From Chrysomallon squamiferum (lineage: Eukaryota > Animalia > Mollusca), in NCBI GenBank assembly GCA_012295275.1, contig CM022679.1, forward strand, positions 13,826,001-13,890,000: a DNA stretch of 64,000 nucleotides, read 5' to 3'. Every line of letters starts with the position of its first letter. Positions within the stretch are counted from its first letter, which is position 1. Shown here in pieces: positions 38,119 to 51,553 of this stretch. Made by a program: the position numbers and the translations under genes. Under the pieces are notes generated by a model, which was given only the letters and a program-made list of their open reading frames with translations, did not search any database and had not been told where the DNA came from.

Positions 38119-41100
38119 GCAATAACAATATTATTTTTAAAATAATAATACAATTTAAAAAAATATATTGATAAATCTTTGATAAAAAATTAAAAATAGG
38201 AAGGGCTACAGTATTACGGTAGACAAATATTGTACATCTAATGTAATCCATTTACATTCAATTAAAAGCCTATTAACAGTTTCTTAACATTTTATTCATA
38301 CAAACATAATGAAAAAAAAAAAAAAATTATATTGTTTTCTAAAAAAGAAAACATGCACCAATTTTCATTAAACTTATTCTGTAGTTTTATTCATAACTTG
38401 TAGATCCGTTTAATGGAAAATGTTGTTCCCCCAACCTCTGTAATGTTTGTTGTATGAATTTCCAAATGATAATTAAATGAAAATTAAAATATACAGCTTG
38501 GGTAAAAAGTTACTGGATATATTGCTTGCATGCAGTGTAATAAATGTATATATATACAATTTCACAAAATACACAACTGTGGTTTCAAAGTCATAATTTT
38601 TTATCAAACGTCTTGTATATAATGGTCTGAAATCAAAGTTCAAAGAAACAAATTTGTTAGGTTTTAAAACAAACATAAAGCCTTTGTTATGTTTGTAAGA
38701 AAGTATTGCTGACCTTCACCTTCCATGAGAATGTAGAAGAAAGACCACACAGATGATTCACACTACATTTCAGTTACAGTATTATGAAACCAATCATTAT
38801 TAAGATAATCAGTTCTAAGTCAAGCAATACTTACTGTCCATAAAAATAAATATCATTCTGAACAAATGTGCTTTCAAAGACTTACAATATATATTTATCC
38901 ATACTCTGAATTTGAAAAAAAAAGAAAAAAAAAGTATCAATACACAGCCAAGATTTATAAATTTCTAAATAAACAGTTTATGGATTAGAAGCTTATTTAT
39001 AGCAACTATTAAGAGAATTCTTTCAAACTTTCTGCCATTTTATGTCTTATTCTATTCCCTACTAACATCAACTCTTTTAAAGCTGACCGTACATAATCCC
39101 TTCCAAGCCATTCTGGTCTACAATATACAGTTTTACACAAACACACATACACTTATCATTTATACACATACGTACTCACACTTATACTTGCTTTCTCTCA
39201 CTTGCTCTTTTTTTCTATCTCTTTCTGTCTGTCTGTCTTTCTTGTCCATTAATTCCTAACTGTACTACTATAGCCAAAAGTTTTGAACAAATCACCACCT
39301 TCTCTGCAATTATCGAGCAGACCTTTTCCGTAACAATGTGAAAGGACAAATAAAAATTATCTAATGTTATTCTCTTAAGTGCACCATGGCTTACAATTAC
39401 AATATTGCAATCAACTGTCTGTATCTTCATATTCACAGTATTTTTTTTTTTTTTTTACAAACTATAAACTAAAAAAAAAAAAACAATAAATAAAATAAAA
39501 AAACGTGAAAAAAAAAGAAAAAAAAAAGCTAAAAGGTAAACCATGTAATAAAAGACTATATAAACTAAAATATACATGAAACATTTTATGAACAGTGTAT
39601 GTTGATACAGAGATATACAGAGGGGTAGGGTTGTGTAGAAGAAAGAAAGACTTTACAATTATACTTTGTACACAAATTTACACTTTTAACATAAAAGCAG
39701 GCAGATTTGAATTTTTAACCTTCTAGATTCGTCCAGCCTTCAAGTCAGAATAGAATGGATACTGCTGAAACTAATGTTTTGAGCAAATCCTGCAGTTACA
39801 TCAAACTAAAATTATTCCACTAAAACAAAACTGTGCTAGGCAAATACACAACATAAAGCCAGATCATATGAATCAATAATACTGATAACTTATTTTAAAA
39901 TAAAATTATGAAAATAATTTGAATGATAGTCATTAAACATAAAAAACAAAAGAATATGAAAATACTTTTACTATGTTTTGGCTAAGTTTTATTTACAAAA
40001 ACTAACAAATGATTCAATTTTTTAATGAAAAAGACATCTGTAAGTACTTTAAATAATATTGGAGAGTATACAAAAAACAAACAAAACAAAGAAAAAAAAA
40101 CAATCTTTAAAATTAACTGTTCCAAAGAACAAAAAATTCTGGACCTTAATTCTTATGCTTTGGTAAATCGATTTCTTGGTTTTCCAGATCTTAGTTTCAG
40201 TTATACAACAACTAATTTGTATGTAAGCGTAAAACAAACAATTTATGTGTAAGCATAAAGGTTTCATATATAACAAGCATTCTTAGTTAAATAATAACTA
40301 ATAATAATCACAGTTGTCAAAAACAAAATTGGTTCTCATTCATTTTATAAGATTTTCTAAAGGCCAAAAGGTCGGAAATATTTTTTGATTTCATTAATTT
40401 GTACAAAGACACACTGTTACCTATTTAACAGTAATCAATTTTAAAAAAGTTCAACTGGAGATTACTGGTTTTGCTATAATATTATACAGTACTTTAAAAA
40501 CTACTAGGGATGGAAACAGAGGTCAGTTTCAAAGCCTAAATTGTGAAAATAAGTAATAAATGAAATCCAAGATAATGACAAATGTTAAAAACTGTTTACC
40601 CATTATTACCTTTGAGCAAAGTAACCAATAACATTCTGATAGTCTGTATATTTTTATCAAGTGATTGTGAAAATTTACAAGCAAGACCAAACAAGAATGG
40701 TTATCAACCAACCCACAATCTTAACATAACATACAATTTACAAAATGCATCAAGTGGTTTTTAACCTATGACTATGAGCAACTGAGATGTGAATGATATT
40801 AAAAGCTGATAGCCTAATGGAAATGAGGTTTTTAATTGATTTCAAATTATTAGGTGTTCTTAAGAAAAAAAGAAATAATAAAGAAAAAAAAGCATAGCAC
40901 TTTCATATTGCTCTCTATTGTTTTACATTTAAAATAATTTGCAAAAAAAATCATAAATTTAAAAATAAATAAATCTACTTGATGAATACTGAAATTTAGG
41001 TTTTATTTAATAAATTCCATTAGATGACTAATCTGAAAATTACACAGTAAAAAATAATAATTTAAAATTAAATGTTTTAAATTAAAATAAAATATGTAAC

Positions 41101-43406
41101 TAAAAAAAAAAAAAAAAAAAAAAAAAATCAGTGAACTAATATTTAAAAACATTAGCATCTACCACAGCCAAATTTAAGCTTAAAAAATAAAATTTAAATA
41201 TGTAAAAAATACTAGTAATAATTCTACTGAAAATAACTAATTTATCTAACAAATAACTCTAATTTATCTAACAAATAGCCAAATTTAAGCTTTAAAAATC
41301 TAAATTTAAATTAATTTTTTTTTAAATTACCATAAATTTATTCTAATGAAAATAACTTTGAATTACCTTCTAATTTAGTCACCAGTGATAACAGACACTA
41401 AAGGATATAAAGTAGAAATCATATTATAATGTTATCCTTGTAATTCTGATCATAAGAGACAAAATAAATATTAATTTGCGTATCAAACGTTTGTTGAAAT
41501 CTGAAATAATGAGTCAACTGTGGTATTAGTTGAAACAAAAGGCAGAAAGTATAATTTGAATTTTCTAAAAATAGTGAAATAAATTATAAAAGATATTTAA
41601 AGTTTTACTTTTTTTACCATATTTAGTTTTGTCTTTACTTCAGGTATTGAAAACTGTTTTTTACTGAAAATTGCCTAAACCTTTAGAAAAAAATAGTAAT
41701 AATAAAAAGTTTAAATAAACAACAACAACAAAATGAACAGATGATGTATTTATAATGAATTACTTTGGTCTGATGAATTACAAATATCTAAAACATTAAA
41801 TAAATTGTGAAAATAATAATAATAAAAATCAAAAGCCAGCCTCTAAACATAAATGAAAAAGAAAATGTCTATGATTTGAGTTTTGTTTTTAAAAGTAGAA
41901 AAAGAAAAAAAAAAATGTTTACCGTATAAATGAATCAAACTGACAGAAGAATATGTGTTATCAGTAGAGAACTGATAAACTGACAGACAAATCAAACCAA
42001 GCTATTTAAAATGAGGCTTTTAAAAGAAGAAAAACTGCTTAAATTGTTTTTTTTCATTCATCACTTATGGCAAGAAGTTTCATAAAAATAAATGAAGAAC
42101 TGGATTTACCAGAACATTACAGTGAGATTCTAATAAGTACTGGAGATTCTTTTATAAATAAAAAAAGCAGGAAACAGAAACATTTTCTACAAAAATACTG
42201 AGCAATATTATTAAATTTGTATGTAAACTGTCATTAATAGTTTCAAGTATGTTTCTCTCTCTTTCTAACCGTATATAAATGATTAAACAAAAGATTTAAA
42301 CAGATACCAATGACATTAGCACGAATTCACACACTGATTACAGAGGACTCTGCAATGCCTATTCTTGCACTAATTCACAAATGCCTTTCACCAGCAATCA
42401 CTACAGTTTCAAATAATTTCAGACAAGGGTTTTTATGAAGTTTACCAAAGCATACTAACATCTATCCTTTTTTATATTTTAAAATATATTTTTAATGGTT
42501 ATAAAATCAGTAAATATTAATTAAGAGTAATAAATTCAGCTGTTTCTTGCTAACAGCATTGATGACAAAAATGAAAATATCCTTTTTTAAAAAAAAAAAA
42601 CTCTGAACCATTACCTGAATTTCTCATTTATCATATGATCAAGCACAACAGATTTTTAAAAAGAAATGTCCTGTGTGTGTGTGTGATGTCTGTGACAAGT
42701 GATGACAATATAAGCGTATCACACACTGTAGCATAATTACGTCAGATCTGTGTAACTCATACACTTCCAATATGATCAGTTATAATGTATGTCTATCTGA
42801 AATGCAGATATTTGTTTGTAAATCAGATAAAAACTATCAGTTACTGAATGAAGAACACTAAAACAAATGTTTGTTTTAAAACACTTCTGAAAGATGTATA
42901 TAAGCAACAAAATCACATACAGTATCTGACTAGAATCACAACAACATGCAGGTCTGTCAATGCTCTGAAAACCCACACATACATAAGTATGAACACAAAG
43001 CTAATCATGCCTCTAGATCTGGGCAAAAGAAAAAAAAAAAAAAAAAATAAATAAAAAGTATCAGCTAGCAAAACATTATGGCTGAAAATGCAGAATTAGT
43101 TTGCACCAACAAATATATGTTATATATCTATTTCTTTTTAAATTTCTCTTACCCTTATTTCTTTCATAAAGTGAGCTTCAGTACCAAAACCGACATACTA
43201 AATGGACTGTTTGTTTTTGTTTAACACTATTTGGTGGACAGGCAGTTTTAATGTCATTCTGACCTCTATTTGTTATCATCTATCTAATCGTGTTAAAGAC
43301 ATTTGTCCACCGCTATGTTAAATGAGCAACAACGTCACCTTACTTCTCTCTATACAGGTTTGGTAGAAAGCATTGAAAATAGCACAGCAGTTATTTGCCT
43401 GACCAG

Positions 43407-46400
43407 TCAGATTATGTCATAATCCACATGGTCAGTTTGGTATATGGCTGCTCGGTAACTGTACCTATCAGAAAGACTGCGTTGTACAGGCTTCCAAGGC
43501 GAGTATCCTGCACTCTGTGCTGTTGTTGCTGATGACGGTGGTGTGGTACCAGTTCCAATCTCTTCATCCTCACCAATGGTTGTTTCAACCAGAGATGGCT
43601 CCAGCTCAGGATATGACATCATCTTCCCTTGTAAAAGGTAGACGTATGTCTTAAATCGTCGAATCTGAAAATTGAGGTGAATAACATTTTAGACTGCAAA
43701 TACTACAGCCTTATATTGAGACAAAAGAAAAATTAATTAGTATTTAACAACTTACTTCAAAATAATCAGATTATCTATAGCAGTTAAATGTGCTTACTTT
43801 TCTCACAAGGAAATATGAAGTCATACAGTCATGTATGTCCATAGCCGTATAAACATACATGCAATCAATATTTAATGAAACATTACATATAAAACACATG
43901 ATTTCTAACGGCTATTTTAGGTTATCTATGTATAAATTTAACAGCAAATGTCCAGGTGGATAGGAAACCATATAGCACTGCCTTTTTATTTAGCAACTGA
44001 ACACAAATGTAAAGAATGAGTGTTTAGTATCAACAACCTATCACTGAATCAGATTAACTAATAGACTTATTTACATATGCATTTGCATGAATCTTCAGAT
44101 ATTAAAGACATTTGTCTGTGTTAAATGAGCAGCAAGCCATCATTTACAGAGAAATACAGAAATATCAACATACCTCGTATTCAAGAAAAGATTCTTTCTC
44201 CAGATATTCAGCAATAATTCTTGATTTGGCCCCTTTCTCTGGAGCGGTGCTCCTGTGCTGTTGTAATTCCAACTCCACTGCTGCCACTCTCTCCTCATGA
44301 CTTCGCAGCTGATCTTTCTAAACACAGACAAACAAAAACTTGTGAACTATATGCAAATCTATCCAAACAATGAAAAACAAAGTATAAAAAGAAACAGCAT
44401 ATATAATCAAATATGTACACATTAAGAAAGAAATATATATTAAATAAAAAAAATACATATTAACTCATTACAAAATGACATGACAAGCACTAGTATACAT
44501 ACACACATAAGGCAACTTTTGGCAACCATTATTCACTGAACAAACCCCAAATGAGATACATGAAAACTAACCATATTTAGCTGTGTGTAAGATGCTGGGA
44601 ACAGAGGCCTTTGGAATTTTTTAACCTTTGACCCAACAGCGCCTGCTAAAGGTGGAGCAGAAAATGTGGCAGCAACCATATTAATTGTGTCAATCCATTC
44701 CTGAAGTTCTTTGCTGTCACTGAAAAACAAATATGTGTGTTTGTTCACTAGTTCATGAAAAACATTAATCAAATTAAATAATATAAAAAGTATGTGTGTG
44801 AACACATTACTTATATACAAACACATTATCAATCAGATACATTTGTGCATATACACACACAATCATTCATTTGTACATGTCACATACATAGTAACATATA
44901 TATTATACACATTCAGGTGCACATTCTTGCATGTACATGCACACATACTCACTATGAACACACACTTGATTTCTATCTCATGCACATACCCAGAATTACT
45001 AACTGCATTCTACAGATACTTTTATACATGTCCTTTGAATCATGAATTTAACACACAAACACACACAACCACACACACACACACATGAAAAAGAAGTAAA
45101 ACTATACATTTTATATCTAACCTTGTTTGGAAGAGAAACTCTGCGTAATCTGCTGTTTGAAGTCGAAAGACGTGTTGTTTTTTCGTGTAGTCTGTTGCCT
45201 TGGTTGCCAGTGAATGGTGAATGCGAACAGCATTGTTAACATTTTCCACAAACGTCCCCTTTTTCAGCTGGTGCTCATCTTTGTACAGGTAAAGAATCAT
45301 GTCACGCAAAACTGCACAGAACATCTTCCAGCCACGTCTGCCCAAAGGTGCTGTAAAAAATAAATAAAAATTAAAATAAAAAACTGTATATAGTTTATAT
45401 GCCCCACAAGAAGGTTTTAATGCTTAGAAATAGCTTTCATTATACATTTTATAAAAATGTTAAAAAAAAAAAAAAATTAAATTGTTAATGATAAATAAGG
45501 TTAAAAAAGGTCAGCACAAAAGACTTGATTATGATGTTACTGTCATATTTTATCTTTGATGTGAAAAGATTTAGTCTTTTTTTTTTTTTTTACCACTCTG
45601 CAATAAGTAAATGATAAATGAGTTTCAAAACTATCATATGACGAATTATAAAATAAAAAAAGATATTCAATTGGGTTTCATCGAGAACTTTGTACATTGT
45701 CTGTGAATGTTTAAGACAGTGAAAATGACATACTTTTCCTCCCATCTGGATCCAGACAACACTTTCTCATCACATACCCCTTCTTGTACTCTGTTGTTTT
45801 GGAAGGATCAGGCAGCTGGAATGTAACAAAACAAAGAGCATAATTAGTTACTGCAAAATAAGTGTAAAACTAATCAGTTTTTATTTTTTTTATTTTATTT
45901 TTTTTATTGTTAGTGGGTTTTTTTTTTCTCCCATATCTAGGAGAAAAAACCCTGTCATTTTGTATATCAGCATAGTTTTCACCTATCACTAAATTCAAGG
46001 TAAAATAATTTGTTTAAAATACATGAGTTTTTTTCAATGGTATAATCATTATTTAAAAATTCAAAACTGACAAACCTTGAACAGTTATTTTAAACTTCTA
46101 AAACAAAATAAATGACTCACATCAAGAAATGGATTAGAACCTATGAAATGCTGAGGAACAGCTGCTATGGCAGGACCTGGGATTTCTGTAGAAACTTCTT
46201 TTTCCTGGGTCTCATCATCACTGAAATATCAGTACAAACTTAGTGTAATTCTTTACAGTTACAGATAAATAACTATAAAAACATTAATTTATAATCATGA
46301 CTTTTCAACATCAAAGTTAGATACATACAGACATGAGAAATTAATTCTTCAACATGTTTGTTTTTAAACTGATTTATTCTAACAGCCATATCTTACAACA

Positions 46401-49400
46401 TTTATTATTTACTATTTTCTGCATAAAATAACTACTTTGTTATTAATTTCACTTGACTAACAAAAACACAACTGCTACTGAACTGAAGTGAAAGCCAGGC
46501 ATATGTTAACATGTCTGATAATTATTAGGAAAGAAATGAAATGACTGCAGTCTTCCTTTCTGCTAATGACATGAAACTGTGGACAGACAGAAGGACTTAC
46601 GTGGCCCATTCTAATGGCTCAGCTTTGATTGCATGGTATATTGCTTTGATAACTTCTTTTGGAAAATTTTCTCCATCATTTAAATCAGCAAGGTTCTCAA
46701 CAAACTCAGCACATGTCATCTTCCTTCCAACAAACTATAAAAAAAATAAAATAACAAAAATTATATTGTTTTAAACAAGCAAAGGCCTGAACAATACAAA
46801 TGTAGGTTATTTCACCATTTATCGTTTGCGGGTTTTCCAATCAAAAAAATCAATTCATTATTATTATAATCAACAAAATTTAGCATTAGCAAGAAGTCTA
46901 TAGAAAGTTGCTCTTCAGGTATTAATGTAAAATATTTTAAGGCTTTAATTACACTGTTCTGGTTTAAAGGAGAAATGATGTGATTTATTTAGTTACCTGT
47001 CCATGCAGGTCAGTGTTTAACAGCATTATTGCACAGGTCAGGGTGTGACAAGCATCTGAAATAAATAATTATAAATTTTTTACATTTACCAACCACAATG
47101 CAAATTTTTAAAATATATTAAATAAGACATAAGTATAAAGATGCATATAGTGTGTATGTGTCTCAAATCTCACTATAATTTCAACCTCTGAACCTGGTGC
47201 TGGGTGCTATAACAAATTTGATTAAAAGTTATTAATACAAAGCAATAGATATTATTTAAGTATATATGCAACCTACAAAGATTTTTAATCAGAGACATAG
47301 TAAATAATTAAATAATATAGTACAGTTACAGTCACGTACATAACAGACTCTGACAAACTTTTGGTAATTTTTAAATTGGTAATGATTTAACTGATGATTG
47401 AGAGAACAATAAGCAGAAACACACCATCTGAATTGAAAGATCCTGGATTGCTTTCCATGTAAAATCGTGAAAAATGAGCCAGCACTCTTTCACGTTCCTG
47501 GGTCTCCCCACTCAAATTGCACTGTTTAAGAAATTTTCTCAGTGCAACATCTAATGTGTCACCCTTGATTTGAAAATACTTGAAATATTCTTCTGCAACC
47601 AACGTGCTGAAATCATTTCTGGAAAATAAATAAGAATAAAGGAAAAATATTTGGCTACCAAGTTGAATATTCACAGAAATAACAAAAATCTGTTGAAAGT
47701 TGATCTGTGGAATATAACTTAAAATCCAGTAGATACTCATCAGATATATTACAGACAGCTTCCCAGACAGGAACAAATAGTGACACAAGACAATACACAG
47801 GTAAAAAACAGTTACTGTAAAAAACAACTATTTTTCAAAATGGCTATTTAGTTTATTTATATATTACTTATTAATATTAGTATTTTAGTAACCAAAACAT
47901 ATTTTCACACTTAACTGTCTTCCTTTATTCCCTATAAATATTTAATGAAATTTAAGAATGTTATATAGACATATATATATATTTATACACAGGCACTTAA
48001 TAAAATTCTATCCAACTGAAAACAGAAACCATTTTAATACATATATAAAACTTACTTTTTGGAAAGATGCCTGGAGATATCACCCTTTTTAAAACCATCC
48101 ATATGATAAAGTCTTTTGGCAAGTCTAGCAGCAGATGGGCGGTCCACACTTTTCATTGGTTGGTGGTACACACTTCCAACATCAGACAAATCCAAATCAA
48201 ACGAATTAAGAAGTTCAGAAGTTGGACTGCCCTCTGATTCTCCATCTGAATTATCGTTATCACACGTAGATGAAGATTCAGGCTCAAGGTTTTGATGTGG
48301 CGGTTCAGAAACACCATTAACAACAGCACTACTGTCAACAGACAACACATTATTTTGAATTCTGCTGTTATCTTTTAAAGCTTTGGGTTCTTCCAAGCTG
48401 ATAAATCCAGGCATGAAAACTCGTTCACTTCCTTTTTCTTCTCGTTTTTCAGGGGAGCTGTGAAGACTTTTGGAAGCAGGCTCACTAACCTGTTCAGATG
48501 ATGCTGCTGGACTGTTTGCACTACAGGCTAGCGTATCAAGAGAATAGGAAATATTGTCATCTATATCAATATTAACTAATGCAAGACCTGATTCAGATTC
48601 CAAGTAGTTCTCATGACTCTTGCTTGTCCGAACCACTGACTGAGCTTGTTTTGGTGTGCCAGTTATTTTTTCTTCACTTTGGCTTGAGGTCATTACCGGC
48701 AGAGGGGCATCTTCAGAATTTGTAACTTCAGGTAGAGAAGAATATTTGGTGGCATCTTCATCAGATCCAGAGCTCTGGCTGTCTTGCTGGACTCCAGAAT
48801 CTCCTGAGCTGGGTATATTGTGTACATTTTTCTCCAGCTCGCCATTAAGAGAGAGCACAACACCATCGTCTACTGGTCCTGTTTTGGAAGTGTCTGTTTG
48901 TGAAGTGGGTACCACTGGTAGTTCTTTATGAGGAGAATTTTGTTCAACAGTAGGTGTTTCAGCTAGTTTTTCAGTTATTGACATTACAAGAGCTTCACTG
49001 CAAGACGACGACTCTGATTGAGACATATCACTCAAATCTTCAGTGGTCGCAACAGGGGCCTTAACAATGTCGTTGTTGCCAATGATACTTTTAGTTGCAG
49101 GTGGCATAGGCGGATGATGAGTTTTACTCGATGGAATTTTGGAAGGACTAGCATTATGCAAACATGTATTGCCCAAATTACCTCCAAATAGATCTTCGCT
49201 GTTATTTTTTAATGATGGTGATTTGGTATTGTCTGTTCTAGGGGATTTCTGATGTGGAGGAGTGGTTCGTATAATCATGTCTCCTGTCATTAAAAAAGTC
49301 TCAAAACCCTTGCCTTTCTGTCGCTGAGGAGATTCGTGTTTTGGTGTTGTTTCAATTATTATTCCATTTTCATGATAGTTCTGAATGTTGGATTCTACAT

Positions 49401-49572
49401 GTTTTTTCACTGTACTTTCTGTTGTCTCTCTTTTAGAAACCTGTCCATTTGATGGTGAGGATTTTCGGACAAGGATCTGTGGACTTCTGACTGGAATCCT
49501 TGATGTTTTAACAGGCTGTGGTGGGCTCCTCACTGGTATAGGAATTCGTGAAGGACTGGTCCGACTCGCCAT
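43407..49572 (-). CDS. PSD: PH and SEC7 domain-containing protein (EFA6, Arf6 guanine-nucleotide exchange factor), 954 aa
   Basis: Exons: 49572-48056, 47618-47425, 47055-46997, 46734-46601, 46220-46121, 45815-45734, 45350-45122, 44719-44572, 44317-44174, 43664-43407. All introns are GT-AG and phase-consistent. Sec7 motifs: SAARLAKRLY, LSGETQERERVL (glutamic finger), TLTCAIMLLNTDLHG. PH domain: TPLGRRGWKMF...HHSLATKATDYTKKQHVFRLQTAD. Followed by FSAPPL..AVGS..KFQRPL and a coiled coil. An acceptor at 49651 implies an upstream non-coding exon. Confidence 0.96.
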
Positions 49573-50179
49573 GTTTGGCAAAACACTGCAGAAACTTCAT
49601 CTACAAGCACATTTATGGTCAATCCATTCTATATAGGTTAACAGACAGTTCTGAAAAGAAACAAAATTAATATGAAAAAGTGATTGATTTACAATTATAA
49701 TAATTAACGTGATCCAAACATCATTATCTGTGTTTCAAATAAAACTGATTAATAAAACATTGTACAGATTACTTTATTCTTATACATATAATTAGACTGA
49801 AATAATATTTTTGTACTGTCACTCGACTTACTCATTTAGTGACATTAGTCACTTAGTGTCATCGAATTCTCACTTAATCAGTCAATAATAATAAAATAAA
49901 AAAAGTAGTATCGCAAACAGATCTCAACTCAAAGTACATACTTAGCCATTACATGGGACAAACAGGTAATATATCTTTGTGAAATATTTGTTTTGAAAAA
50001 ATGTTAAATATTTGTATGAAGTTTAAAATACATGTTCTTAAAATTATAGTTCAAAGTGAACACTGACAAGTGTGAGTGAGAGTGTGAAGACTTATCAAAA
50101 CAATGGAAACATTTAATATAAGAAATCGATGTGTATCCAGTTGCACTAATGCTTTCCATTATTTTAGTACTTGCCATTA

Positions 50180-50520
50180 TGACAACGTAGAAATAAAATC
50201 GACTCAGCAATCCTTTTTATATACCCTTTTGCCACTAAAATGTAGAAATGAGAATTTACATATTAAAAATTTTCCTACTTCGACAAGAACTTCCGCTAAT
50301 GGAGTACAGTTCTCGGAAAATAACGCGAGACCGCATTTGGCAAAAAAATAAAAATAAAAAAGCTTTAAACCGGTGTAACGTCACAAAAGTCTATTTACAA
50401 TAGAAATATGTAGATACAGATATAAATAGAACTTATTATAAAGCAGTTTAAATCAAACTAATGCGTTAAGTGTTAGTATCACACACACACATGCACACAC
50501 ACGCGTAATCCGATTATTAT
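50180..50520 (-). promoter_or_regulatory. CpG-retaining patch, probable PSD promoter/first non-coding exon
   Basis: Local CpG cluster 0.5-0.9 kb upstream of the 49651 acceptor, with CRE-like TGACGTTA (- strand, ~50382-50375). TSS and donor not determined. Confidence 0.4.
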
Positions 50521-50525
50521 TATTA

Positions 50526-50582
<57 letters not shown>
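50514..50582. repeat. (ATT)n microsatellite
   Basis: Read directly. Confidence 0.95.
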
Positions 50583-50583
<1 letters not shown>

Positions 50584-51057
50584 GGCACTGTTTTCATTTG
50601 TTTATTTCTATTAGAATAAATTCAGTATTAAATTTTCACTTTATACATTATTTTTCTTAAACAGGTGAGAACTGTATTGGAAACTCAAACAAAGTTTAAC
50701 ATAAAGTGGTATCCATACCAGCTAGCATATTAAGATATTTGCTGTGAGCCACATGTGGGCTGCCTGATAATGATGACTATGATGACTGAACTATTTTCAG
50801 TTTGATTTATTAGTAATTAATTAATTAATTTATTAAATTTATTTTTGTAATATTTATTTTTATTTTATTGTATTTATAATGATGTGTATATTTTTAAATT
50901 TACTTTTTATTTATTCATTCATATGTTCTTTGGGATTTCATTGTTTGGACTGATTGTTTCATTTTTTAAAAAGGTTTGTTCGGTACGTTGGTGAACAATC
51001 TTCTATTTTTCAAATAACAGGTTGCGTATTATTATCTATTCTTGGTATAGGGGTATC

Positions 51058-51078
51058 ATGACTCAGCAGGTGACTCAT
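51058..51078 (+). promoter_or_regulatory. Consensus ARE / CNC-sMaf site with adjacent AP-1 site
   Basis: ATGACTCAGCA (51058-51068) is followed by TGACTCA (51071-51077), inside a CpG-retaining patch (~50980-51370). Confidence 0.5.
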
Positions 51079-51517
51079 TGTGCTTCCTTCAAGGTACATG
51101 ACGGAAACGACGAGGAAATTCGAAGTGTCCTTTTTAAATGCTGATGCACCTGCACATTTCAATAAAAAAAAAAAAAAAAAAAAAAGCTATGGAGGGTTTG
51201 GGAACTTCAATCCCGACTTCTCGAAATTAACGTAGTTCATGTACTGACCGAATGCGAATATCAAAGAACACTTTAGCATAACATCGCGTTAACAGCTTCG
51301 AAGCATTATCGTTTTAACGATTACTGTCGTAATATGTTACTCTAAATGATCCCATTTAGTGATTTACGTGAATATTTTCTTATATGATCTTTGTCTTCTT
51401 TATATAATATATATATTATCTGCAGAAAGTCCTATATATGTCTGGGTGTGTGCAATACATTTTAAATTCAGTAATTTGTATTTAACCTTGTTTTGTAATA
51501 TTTATAAATCAACTAAC

Positions 51518-51553
<36 letters not shown>

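Noticed and set aside
38705-38770. Another possible minus-strand PSD cassette exon (donor GTCAGC/GTGAAG)
   Set aside because: No convincing polypyrimidine tract before the nearest AG, and the boundaries are ambiguous.
41160-41360. ~110-bp direct duplication (AGCCAAATTTAAGCTT...GAAAATAACT)
   Set aside because: Ordinary two-copy local duplication with no functional signal.
23000-43400. Separate gene in the gap (60-116 aa ORFs such as 37244-37594)
   Set aside because: ORFs are rich in F/L/I/K/N/Y as expected from AT-rich noise, and no phase-consistent exon chain was found.
49573-49581. ORF-track start at 49581 for PSD
   Set aside because: The codon is TTG. The first in-frame ATG, with good context (AAACATGG), is at 49572.
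48153-49636. Short ORFs overlapping the large PSD exon
   Set aside because: Antisense or alternate-frame shadows with no independent signals.
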